This document shows, one piece after another, positions 14,979 to 35,825 of a stretch of DNA of 64,000 nucleotides. Positions within the stretch are counted from its first letter, which is position 1, and each line of letters opens with the position of its first letter. The position numbers and the translations under genes are program-made. The notes below the pieces were generated by a model. It worked only from the letters and a program-made list of their open reading frames with translations, was not told the origin of the DNA and searched no databases. The DNA is from Chrysomallon squamiferum (Eukaryota > Animalia > Mollusca). The DNA lies in assembly GCA_012295275.1 (NCBI GenBank), contig CM022671.1, positions 5,022,001 through 5,086,000 of the forward strand, written 5' to 3'.

Positions 14979-15987
14979 TGACAAGCAGTGGTGTGGTGGC
15001 TGTTATACATTCAGCAGCCTCTACGACAACAGTGTTTTCAGCTAATACTGCAAGATATAATGAAAAAAAACAAAACAAGTTAAAATAAATGAATAACAGC
15101 ATCATAAAAATTATAACAGAATTTATATATGATTTATATTACAATTTTGTGCACAAGTTTCAAAATTGCCAAAATGTGAATGCTCTGACTAGCAAAAAAC
15201 AATTTTTGATGTAGTATTATTAGCACTAACACTGCTCACATCACTAAAATCCTTTAAATTTACATTCAGCATACCTTAAAAATTAAATTTCAAACTTACT
15301 GTGCTATCATATTACTATTATTAATTTTTTTTTATTAATGTTAAAAAATAATAATAATAAAAAATTACTATTAAAACATAACAAAAAAAAATCATTTACA
15401 AAAAGGTTTAATGTTATTTATATTAATAAGAAATATAAAAATAATGAAGTTATTAATTAATAATTATAGTAATTACAAAGAAAGAAAACAAAGAGGCAGT
15501 CAAACCAAAATAAGTAAATATGTAAGTAAGTAAATAAATAACACTTACTAGACATGGACATAATATCAGGTTACTTACACTTTGAAAACCTTGTTATTTG
15601 TCATTGCTTACATAATGTGCAACAAATCAAGCATAATTGAATTCAAGAACATTTTAAACAAAATAGATTTCAATTTTGGGTCTTCTGAGTATTTTAAATA
15701 TTTACAATTTAAATTTTATCATCATCGTTATTAGCAATAGTAGTAGAATTAATAGTATATATATATTTTGTTTTTGCATTGCTCTGAATTGGCACTCCAT
15801 AGGTTACATGAGTTATAATATAGATAGAAGATAGGTGTTTTACATTTTCCAATCAATTCATGAATGAAGTACATTCCAGAATGAAATCTTCAAATCTAAC
15901 TAATATAATAGTGGATTGTTACCTTTTACAATTGGGATACCATAACACATACACATTCATAAAATATATTCTTAGTAATAATAATAA

Positions 15988-16025
<38 letters not shown>

Positions 16026-16676
16026 TTTATACTAATAATAGTAATAGTAATCATAATAATAAAACAATAACAGTAATAATAATAATAATCATAAAACAAT
16101 AATAATAATAATAATAAAAAAATTATAATAATAGCTATAATAATAATAAAATATATTACATATACAAAATTACCTCACAGAAAACTAAATTGTTATTGTT
16201 CCATGTATTTCTTTCTTTTTGTAAATGATTTATCTTAGTGTACAATTCTTACACAACATTTTATTTTATTAAAATGATTTAGCTGATTCATGAAGCAAAA
16301 AGATAATGATCAAATCCATGAAAAACAGATGACCTTAACAACACAACTTCAGTTAAAAACAAACATATATCTTTGTTAGTTGTCTTTTTCTGGAAGACTG
16401 CCAAAAAATGACTCATTCCCACTAATACTAATAGCTCTGAGTGTCTTTATTTAAAGATAAAAAAACTTGCTGCTTTTTTAATGTCAAAGATTATTAATGA
16501 TCAAGGAGGTTAAGAGAAAAATCAGTCAAGCATGTACAATGTAATTACATTTTGTCTAACAGATAATATATTATGTATTTTATACAGTGTATTTTTTTTT
16601 TTATCATAAATCTTAAATATATTTAATACTTTTTGCAGTATAAATTCAGTTAACTTAATGATACCCTCTGCTAAAC

Positions 16677-16722
<46 letters not shown>

Positions 16723-16872
16723 TTAACATATACTTTCAAAAAAATAAATAAAAGAAAAATAAAACATATTTTCTATCAATATTTATCTTTGGGAATTGTT
16801 AATTTTAATATGTGTTAAATGTTCCACTGCATCAGATGCCAATTAAACAAATGTATTCATGGCAGATACAAA

Positions 16873-17138
16873 GACTTTCACCAATTTTATGAAGATTGGC
16901 CCAGTAGTTCCTGAGATATGAGGGTTCAAAGGTTGGTGGTCATGCCCATGTTTGCCAAAAATCTCAAAATTCAGGGGGGTGGGGCCATATAATCCCACAC
17001 CACTGGTCCGATTGGCCTAAAATTTCAGATTTGGTGCTGTGGGATCCCAGTCAACAAGTATACCAAGTTTAATAAAAATCTGAGATGGTCGGGTTTAAAC
17101 TGTTGTTTTTTGGGGGTGATTTTGACATGGAATGACCC
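16873..17138. mobile_element. Fragment of a non-autonomous DNA transposon/MITE, same family as 31428-31980
   Basis: GC-richer island ending GGGTTTAAAC..TTTTTGGGGGTGATTTTGACATGGAATGACCC, homologous to 31923-31977 and, inverted, to 31428-31465. Confidence 0.6.
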
Positions 17139-17175
<37 letters not shown>

Positions 17176-17549
17176 GCCTACTTTTAAAAAATATACATAT
17201 ACAACTTTGATGTCAGTAAATATTATTTTACAATTTTTTTGTAAGTTTAGTGACACAAAAATTGAAAAGCAAAGATAGAGTTCTCTGTTAAGCTTTTGCA
17301 ATATCATGAATATGAAAATTTGAAATCGACTTTCACATTCATGACACTGCAATAATCACTAACGAATTATTAATACATCGCACTCCTCAATGATTTGAAG
17401 TAAATAATTATTAGATTAGAATCATTACTAATCATTAGCCAAATGATTAGGCATTATCAAATTAATGATTATGAATTAATCAATTACTGAACATGAAAAC
17501 TGAAATGAATGTGGTTTCTGATTTAATGATTAAACTTTAATAAAATGAC

Positions 17550-18490
17550 AATATCACGCACTAAAAATTTACACTAAAGAAAACGTTAAACGAACACCAC
17601 AAACGTGACCTACATATACCTTTAACGTGTGACCCAACTCACTGAAAATTACGTTTTTAAAAACAAATCTCCATACGACAGCGACTGCGTCCGTACAATG
17701 AATTTCCTGGTACAAAGGTCTCGATATGTACGAACCTCTAACAGCAGAAAAGAAATGTAAGAGGTATCGACACAAGTACGGAGCACCATTCACATATAGT
17801 TTCTGTTTTACAGCGTCAAAACAAAAATTATATGAATTGTTTTCACATCTGAAGAAAGGAATAGATTACCAAATAAGAAATTAAAACAAACCGTTAGACA
17901 ACTAAACCTTGCAGAGTATTTATATTTATCTTTTAAAAATTATTTATGGTTATATTGTTATAATGATGGTAGCACGATTGCCTCCGAGGAAAGAAATTGA
18001 TTGACTTTTAAAGTTTTACTAAATGTGTGGTTATACGTATAATATTATTAGATATTAATGTTTAAATCTTAATTCACAAAATTATTTTTAAATATCGAAT
18101 AATCAATTTCTTTGCCAAGAGTCTCGCTAAAATTTTAAAACTTCATTAACATATTGTTTCTATTGTACTTCAAGAAATTGTAGCATTTATCCGTGAAATG
18201 TTTCGTTACACATTATGTGACATTATTATTTTTCAAATATATTAACATCATCCTGCTTTAAAACAAACGAATAAACAAACAAAAATAAATAAAAACAACA
18301 ACAACAACAACAACGAAATAAATTCAAATAACAAATTTCAAGAATGGATTTAACTAAACGAAACTTGTTGGTGCTTACATTTATTTTGACGGAAACAAAA
18401 ACGGAAACGAAAATTGTATTAATACCGGAAAGGTAGGGACGCTTTATTTCCGAATTTCATGCTAATAATCATAAATAATTTTTATCAGGT
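17550..18490. promoter_or_regulatory. Divergent promoter region between the RNF34-like gene and PIGK, including a probable non-coding first exon of PIGK
   Basis: The genes are head to head and CpG is locally retained. ETS-like ACGGAAAC occurs at 18389 and 18401 and CCGGAA at 18425. A donor CAG|GTAAAT at 18488/18489 can pair with acceptor TTTCAG ending 18874, just upstream of the PIGK ATG. Transcription start sites cannot be fixed from sequence. Confidence 0.5.
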
Positions 18491-18926
18491 AAATATATAT
18501 AATGTAAATTCAATTTTCTATTTTAAAAAAAAAGTTTATATCCGGATATTAACGTAGCGAATTTTTCTTAGTCTTTGTTTTCTTCAGAAAACTGAGAAAA
18601 ATATAATTATAATTTATATGAAACTAGTACTTTGTAATACTAGTACAAGTAGTAGTGATAATGGTATGCACTGTATCATTGTATGGTAATAAAATTTTAC
18701 TAAAACTATTAATGTATAACTAACTATAATTCATTAATTAATAATTGTATTATAATATTATTAATAGTAATACCATTAATAGCAGGTTTACCTGTTAATC
18801 AATGAATAATTGATTAATCATTTGTTTATTTTTTGTGTATATATATATATATGGATTTTTTTCTATAATTTCAGGGTCTTTTCTTCATTTTATCACATGA
18901 ATCAGTAAATTAAGAGTGGATGAATA

Positions 18927-19958
18927 ATGGCTTCTTTGAGGAGAAGAGAAGCCTTATTAGGACTTATTTGTTTACTCAGTTTTTTATGTCACAAATCATC
19001 ATCAGAAGATAAATTTTTTAAAAGTGGACACACAAACAACTGGGCAGTGCTGGTTGATACTTCACGTTTTTGGTTTAACTACCGTCATGTTGCTAATGTA
19101 CTGTCGATATACAGGAGTGTTAAACGACTGGGTATTCCAGACAGCCACATTATTCTGATGATTGCTGATGACATGGCTTGTAATCCTCGCAATCCGAGAC
19201 CAGCAACAGTGTTTAACAATGTCAACCAGCATATAAATGTGTATGGTAATGATGTTGAAGTTGACTACAGAGGTTACGAGGTCACTGTAGAGAATTTTAT
19301 TCGTGTACTGACTGGTCGACTGCCACCCAGCACTCCGAGATCAAAAAGACTTCTAACAGACGAAAGAAGCAATATTCTTGTGTACATGACTGGCCATGGA
19401 GGTGATGGCTTTCTGAAATTCCAGGATGCAGAAGAGGTGTCCAATATTGAATTAGCAGATGCTTTTGAACAGATGTGGCAAAAGAGGCGGTACCATGAAC
19501 TGTTTTTCATGATTGACACCTGTCAGGCAGAATCAATGCTCAAGAAATTCTACTCTCCAAACATCCTTGGAGTTGCTAGCAGTAAAATTGGTGAGGATTC
19601 CCTTTCACATCATGTGGATCCGGCTTTGGGGGTGTATGTTATTGACAGATACACTTACCATGCACTGGAGTTTCTTGAACAGGTTCAACCCAGTGGAAGA
19701 CAGACAATGGCAGACTTTCTGAAAGTTTGTCCTAAGCACCAGTGCATTTCAACAGTGCATGTGAGAAAAGATTTGTTTAAAAGAGATGTTGAAAATGTAC
19801 CTCTCTTAGATTTTTTTGGTAGTGTTCGTAACGTGGAGATTCTTTATCAAACGATACACCTGAAAAACAACACAAGTTCAAGTAGAAAAGAAACTAAGGA
19901 CAAAACTAAAAAGAGGCAACAACTTCATTATGCTGAACAATTTCCATTGCCAGTTTAA
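18927..19958 (+). CDS. PIGK: GPI-anchor transamidase catalytic subunit (GPI8, peptidase C13), 343 aa, single coding exon
   Basis: Uninterrupted ORF with a signal peptide, HTNNWAVLVDTSRFWFNYRHVANVLS, ADDMACNPRNPRPATVF, catalytic His in MTGHGGDGFLKFQD and catalytic Cys in IDTCQA. AATAAA follows at about 20034. Confidence 0.97.
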   Translation: MASLRRREALLGLICLLSFLCHKSSSEDKFFKSGHTNNWAVLVDTSRFWFNYRHVANVLSIYRSVKRLGIPDSHIILMIADDMACNPRNPRPATVFNNVNQHINVYGNDVEVDYRGYEVTVENFIRVLTGRLPPSTPRSKRLLTDERSNILVYMTGHGGDGFLKFQDAEEVSNIELADAFEQMWQKRRYHELFFMIDTCQAESMLKKFYSPNILGVASSKIGEDSLSHHVDPALGVYVIDRYTYHALEFLEQVQPSGRQTMADFLKVCPKHQCISTVHVRKDLFKRDVENVPLLDFFGSVRNVEILYQTIHLKNNTSSSRKETKDKTKKRQQLHYAEQFPLPV

Positions 19959-21109
19959 TATTTACAATGTGTTCACTCTCAAAATCTGTATCATTCTTAA
20001 GAACTGCAATCATTTATCTTTAACTTCATTATAAATAAAGGTTGATTATTTGGTTAAAAAACAAAAATGTACATCTGTTTGTTTCAAAAATTTTAATTGC
20101 TTTGGTGTGTCATCACTTATTTTTTATCATCTTTCTTTAAGTTTCACATAATCACTACTTTGTATTGTCCATTTAGTGGTAACATTCACTAATGAACTAT
20201 CAAATCAAACAGTCACTCAACTCACCAATTGTCATAATCTAGTGAATTATAGTTTATCATGTTCGATATAGACCAATTATTGTTTATTTTATAATAAAAA
20301 TATAATATCATTGTTTTTTGTGTTATAAATAGTCCACCTGATTGTTTCAGCATTTGTATGTGATTGAAATGAAAATTAAGTACCATGTTGTCCCAGTTGT
20401 ATCAGTAATTCGTTGATTTAATATGTCAAACAAGCACATTTTCTGTTATTTTAAAAAATTACATTCTTCAGTCATATTATATTAGTTTTGAAAACACTGA
20501 TTAAAACTAATATAAAAATTCCCATTTTCTGAAGCTAGAGGCTACCTCTAGTTCTAGATATTAGAAATAAATATAATGATATATTATTAAATATTTTCAG
20601 TTGATTTACATGTCTAGGGAAAAGTAATAACAAAATAAAAACAATAATATATGAAGATTATTAAATGTGACAAGGATTTTTATTTCTATAACTGTTAATT
20701 CAGCTACGGATGTTTTAACCAAAACAGTTCAAATGAACCTCTAATAAAAAAAAATATAAAATGAATTTCAGTATTTTTGTATTTTATTATTATTTCAATC
20801 CTCTCTGATGTTTGATATTTTTTAAGATAAGATAATTCTCACTCAGGGATGTATAAACATTAAAATACATATGAACAGTGAATGGTTAATGAGTTAATGT
20901 CCATCAAGGCATTTTGTTATGGAATTGTTTTTTAACAAATCCTTTGAAATAATTATGAAATGTGTAATTTATAAAAATTACCTGCAGGCATAACAGAATG
21001 TAATTATTTCAGCCATTGTAAATATGATTCTTATTATTAATATTATGTATAACCTCCTTCTGTCCATAATTTTATCATTTTAAACACAAATGCACTAGTA
21101 AAAGAAAAG

Positions 21110-21142
<33 letters not shown>

Positions 21143-22845
21143 AATGTCTGTGGAGCTTATTCAGCACAAATTACTTTGGCCATATTTTTATATCATCAGC
21201 AACATATTAATGTATGATTTTGTAATTTTTATTTTATTCTTCTTCTTATATATTATTATTATTATTTTTATTTTATTTTTTTTTTTTTTTATACGTATAA
21301 GTATTACATTTATTAATCCTTTTGATTTCCCCATTAACAGCTTTGAGTTGTCCAAAATGTGTAGTCATGGTTATTTTTGTCATTTCCACTGATATTCTAA
21401 AACCCAATAAATAATCTTTCACATTGTTGTGTTTTCTACTGAGACCGTCTGATTAGCCGTTTGACTACAAATAATGTTACACCTAGAAAGAAAATGTAAC
21501 AATATTTAAGCAATATGATTCTACTTCTTAGAGTAACACACGTTACACAGTTTTTAAGTGATCAACGAAAACCGTCAAAATTCAGTAATGTCGAAAATAG
21601 TTGATTTTTAAAATTTGCATAACAATTCGCAGCGCCATATTGAAAAAACAACAACAAAAAACAGACATATTCTTTAAAACCGACTTTCAAGTTCTGTAAT
21701 ATTTGTTATGTACTCTTTGTTTTGACCAACTTTAAAATGTACATAGTTACATATACCATTATTTGTTTTTACAGTTCAAACTAGCTACACTCTTAGACTC
21801 TAGTATAATGAAAAGCATGAACGAGAAACCTACACACAATACACTGCGGTGTTTACTAGAATCAAAAACATTTACCATTATGTGCAGTGTTTTATTTTTT
21901 GACCAATTTAACAAAAAATCTGCTATACAATAATTTAATTCGCGACTTTTTCAGAGATTCGGCATTCACTGAAAATAATCATCGTCACAACACAATTTTG
22001 TTTTTATTCGCTACTGACCTACATAACCAGCTACAAATTGTACAACAAACAAAACTAATAGTACTAATTTCTAATATTTGAATTTTTTACCCCTACTGAA
22101 AGCAGGGTGTGACAAAAATAAGTCTATAGACTCATTGAGTTGTTCCTCCACACGGAAATCTTTAGTAAAAGGCGAAAGATTTATTCTGTGCAGAGAAACC
22201 AGAGTTAAAAATATATACGTGGCGTAGATTTCTCTAATATAATTTATTTTCTCATTCAGCGCTGGTAGCTGTTTCCTGCATTTTTGTTTGTTTCTTATTT
22301 TAATTTATCTGTATTTAAAATATGGAAACTCATACAAAAAATACAGAAAGATATTTGTGATGTAAAGGAAATAGCAGAAGCTAAATTTTATAAGTATGTT
22401 ATTAATATCTTTAATCTGAGAAAAAATATGCGAAAAGTGCTTTAATTAATGCCTCAGTCAGGTATGTCTATTTGTTATAACTAGGGAAAAGCAGTAATAA
22501 AAGTGCAATTGAAAAATATCACTGTATATGAATCTACTGTTAGCCTTTTATTACTGGTTAAAGTCTTATTAAAAAAAAAAAAAAATTAAATTAAAAAATT
22601 CATGAAATATATTAATTTTGTTGTAAAATGGATTTGATTCATATTCATGCACATTTAAAACTATAGTGTTGCCTCATTTATGTCTCACTTATTTTGCATA
22701 AGACTTTGAAATTACGATTTAGGGGATGAAATTAGCATTTCTCTTTTAAATGGGAAGGTGGGCAAGATTGTAAAGGCTTTTCTTTTCTTTTCTCTCTCTC
22801 TCCTTCTTTAAAACAAAATTCTTCTTTAGAACAAAATTTAAAATC

Positions 22846-22915
<70 letters not shown>

Positions 22916-23277
22916 TTTATTAATTAATTAATTTTATTTTATTTATTTGTTTTGTTTTATTTATGTATTTTTTGTTTCGGTTCTATAACAAATCAGGTTT
23001 GCAGCTTATTCTTTGAAGTTGATACCTGATATAAACATTTATTTTTAATTAAACTGGAATCAGTTGGAAAGTATGGAATGTACTTCTGGGTGGTTGATTT
23101 AACAAAACTTCATGTTAGAGTGGCTTTTTTGGAAGCATCTGTTACGTTTATTGGCCGCGCACGTGCATCTGAGTGTGTTTCTATGTACATCACTGTGTAT
23201 ATATGACTACTGCATGTGTGCACGTTTTTAATTATTAAATTATCATCATCATCATCATGTTATATTACATTATGTTA

Positions 23278-23328
<51 letters not shown>

Positions 23329-23365
23329 ATATATAAATGTTATATTCAAACGCAAATACTGTTAA

Positions 23366-23538
23366 CCCTTGGTCCTCTGCAGTTCGTGAAATCCGGGCCA
23401 AATCTTGAGAATTAACAAACTTTGAACTTACAGCCATTTCGTACTTGAAACCTTACCTCCAGGTACTATTAAATTATTCGGACTCCCACTGTAGATCATA
23501 TCAACCCTATTTTAAACCACTTACCACCAAGGTAAGAG
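23366..23538. mobile_element. Possible piggyBac-like MITE remnant
   Basis: Flanked by TTAA at 23362 and 23539. The ends are CCCTT.. and ..AAGAG, with an inverted CCTTGGT/ACCAAGG pair. The terminal repeats are short and imperfect. Confidence 0.3.
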
Positions 23539-24489
23539 TTAATATTACAAATGTACCCATAACCATCCTAACCTAACAAACTACATCCAGCTGAGATTAC
23601 GTTTTTCTGTGGTACGTTTTCTGTACATATAGTGTATGCAGCAATGCTAGAGGCGTTCGCAACCTTTATTTTTATTTTTTTATATTTAAAAAAAATATTT
23701 ACCCCCCCCCAGGAGCGGCGAATTCCTAAACTCAAATGTTTTAAAGCAGAATGAAATGATATATTAGTTTATCATGTTAGGGAATTTCTTAAAAAGACGT
23801 AATTGAAAATCCGAAAATAAAGCGAAACAGGGAATTAGTTAAAAATAACAACTAAATATTAGAAAAGAATCATAGAAAATTAAATCGGCCGATTACGCTG
23901 AATAGATTATTTAAATGGAACTCTTAGATCTATCTTCTTTCATATTCTATCTTGAATTTAAAAAAAAAAAAAATAATAATAATAAATAAATAAATAAATA
24001 AATAAAAAAAAAGAAGGAAAAAAAAGAAAAGAAATGAAAATAAAAATAAAAAACGAATTTGTTGTTTAATTGCTATTTGAAGAAAAGCGGTAATTCCCGA
24101 TTCGTTAAAAATAACCACTCAGGAACGATAACTATTCACGAACCACAATTCTTACTCAGGAATTATCTCATGTTCATCTATTATCTGTGGGTGTCTAACA
24201 TATATTTAACTCAGTAAGTCTACCTCTTTTAAGAACTTCGTAAAAAGAACACTTGTATGACATTTGTTTACATTGTTTGTTTGTTTTTTGTTTTGTTTTT
24301 TATGTCTGTATATTACATTACTGTATTATATAGATGTAATCAGTAATGTGCACTAAAATTTAATGTTTCGGTAAATTTTAGGGTTATGTTTTACATTCGA
24401 GATTTCTGTATATTCTGCATTTTCCGGACCGATAGTACTCGTTAGTTGAGAGTTAGCAGTAGTAATTTTATAGTTCAGCTGCCATTTAT

Positions 24490-25225
24490 GATAACTGATG
24501 CATAAACTGGAAACAAAATCATCTCCTTTCAGACATTCCTAAAACATTATGCTAGTTATTCTTTCTTTCATTTTTGAAAATATTATTTTATTTATTATTT
24601 ATTGCATGCGTATGAGTTACATTGCATCACGTAAACTGATATTTCCTGTGTAAAAACGACGAATCGGCGCACCACACTACCTTGCCCTTGCGAATGAAAT
24701 AATCGAGACAACTGAATATTAGAACAGTGAATCGAAAGTTCAGCTGTGCATGATATTTTTATATGTGGTATTTAAGGCACAAAATTAAGTGAAGCATTTT
24801 GTTGTTTTGGAAACCAGAAAGAAACAGACTGGATACGGTGGTAGGGAATAGTGACAGCATTCAAAACATCTAGAAGTCACGAAATGTTATTTAATTCGGA
24901 AAATATTTATACACATATTCTTCATATAAAAATGATAGATGATATATTCATCGTAACTTAGTTTTCAAATAACATCATATTATATTTGAAAAGACTGAAA
25001 TGCCTGAATTTGCATCATACTCTTACTATTAAAATTGATATAAATAATAAATTCATAAACAGCAGCAGCAGCAGCAGCAACAGCAATAATATAATAATAA
25101 TGTCAGTTTTCATTATGGCAAAATAATAGATAAAAAAAAAGAAGTAATAGTTATAATTTGCTGTCATAAACACAACAGCCATAATCATCCGTTTGAAAAT
25201 TAGTAGACTGATAGTGATGCATATA
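24490..25225. promoter_or_regulatory. ASL upstream region with C/EBP-ATF (amino-acid response) motifs
   Basis: ATTGCATCA at 24621-24629 (TGATGCAAT on the minus strand) and TTTGCATCA at 25009-25017, with near matches TGATGCATA at 24496 and 25215. A CpG-retaining stretch spans about 24400-24900. Confidence 0.45.
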
Positions 25226-25290
25226 TAAATAATATATATTATTTCTTTTTCAGATTTTAAGATCTCTGAAACGACGGACTTGATAATAAA

Positions 25291-34326
<9,036 letters not shown>

Positions 34327-35305
34327 TTTTATATAATTTTTATTTTCTCATCATAGATTTTTTTTTTGGGGTGATGGTGAATGTCAGATATTTGTCTCCA
34401 TGAAATATTTTGCAAAATACTGCATGTTAATGTTTTCTTTTGTAAATGATTAATTACAGACTTTTAAAACTTTTTCTTTTTCTTTAAAAGATTTAATTGG
34501 TGCATTATATTATATCCTCCATCATATATATATTTTTTTATTATTTTTTTTTTAATGTGTCTTCACAATATAGCATCACTTTGTACAATTTATTTTTACA
34601 TCACTGTTTTTGACTGCTTCATAATATATAGTAATAATATAACTGTACTTAATAAATCTAGCTTTCACTTAAATTCTTAATAATTGTGCAATATTTAATA
34701 TAAAAGCAATTAGTGAAATTTAATAAACAGAAATTATCATCTTTTTTTTTATAGTAAGAGTTGTTCTTTTTGTCAACTTTTGAAATAAATATTTTTTTCA
34801 TACTACTCAATTTCTTTGTTTTATGATGTTGAATTGTGTTTATGTGTGTGATGATATATTTTTTTTATGTATGTTTACTACAACTATTACAACTATTTCT
34901 GTCATTATCTGCTATTACTGCCAGTACCAACTAGTACTACTACTACTGCAACAATCATCATCTCTACCACCACACCATTATCATTACCATTAATAATTAC
35001 ATCACAAATAATTATCATAAATATCAAAACTCAGTAAAAACAAACACTTGAGGTACATCATATTTATTTACTGATTGTGTGTTTAAACAATAAAACAAAT
35101 AAAAACTATAGGAACTGACAAAACAAAACAGGTTTGAGAGAAAATGAACACAGATTTGTCACAAATACACATCAAAACAACAAATGCTCAAAGGATATAA
35201 AAATATATTAACAGTTTTGGGCAGTAACTAACAGAGTTATATATTTTTAGAATGTTATGTGAACTTAACAGTTTTAGGCCCAAAATATTAAATGGTGTAC
35301 TTGTT

Positions 35306-35528
35306 CTTCCATGAAGCAGACTGGTATCTAACAAAATGGATCAATGAAATCGGTTTAGAGCATTGTGGAAATTTAATAAAACAGTTGAAATACTTGTAAG
35401 TCCTTGTTTGAATGAGTTCTAAGAAAAACAATGAAAATTAGTTCACAGGTATAGTCAAGTCTCACACAGGCTAACTGTATCCATTTTTTATAGTCCATTT
35501 TGTTAGTAACCATTCCATTTCATGGAAG
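35306..35528. repeat. 35-bp imperfect inverted repeat pair (MITE-like)
   Basis: CTTCCATGAAGCAGACTGGTATCTAACAAAATGGA (35306-35340) compared with the reverse complement of 35494-35528, CTTCCATGAAATGGAATGGTTACTAACAAAATGGA. Confidence 0.65.
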
Positions 35529-35612
35529 ATATAGTCCATTAGGCACTTGAAGACTTGTTTTAGGAATTCTTACTGCCTGTCATTTTATCTGGAGTATGAC
35601 TTAATATATATT

Positions 35613-35825
35613 ATAATTGTTAAATAAAGAAAGAGGCATTTACTGATTGTAGGTTAATATATATAATCTGTTTAATAAAGAAAGAGGCATATAATTGTTA
35701 AATAAATAAACAGGCATTAATTGATTGTAGGTTAATATATATAATCTGTTTAGTAAAGAAAGAGGCATATAATTGTTAAATAAATAAACAGGCATTTATT
35801 GATTGTAGGTTAATATATATAATTT
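35613..35825. repeat. 78-bp tandem minisatellite, about 2.7 copies
   Basis: Units start at 35613, 35691 and 35769 (ATAATTGTTAAATAAA..GGCATT..TGATTGTAGGTTAATATATATAATCTGTTTA.TAAAGAAAGAGGCAT). Confidence 0.9.

Noticed and set aside
21950-21990. Minus-strand C-box-like and CTGA D-box-like motifs suggesting a snoRNA
   Set aside because: The boxes are under 40 nt apart, with no terminal stem or recognisable rRNA guide.
35613-35825. Regularly spaced repeats as a CRISPR-like array
   Set aside because: The units are tandem with no unique spacers, the context is eukaryotic, and there are no cas genes.
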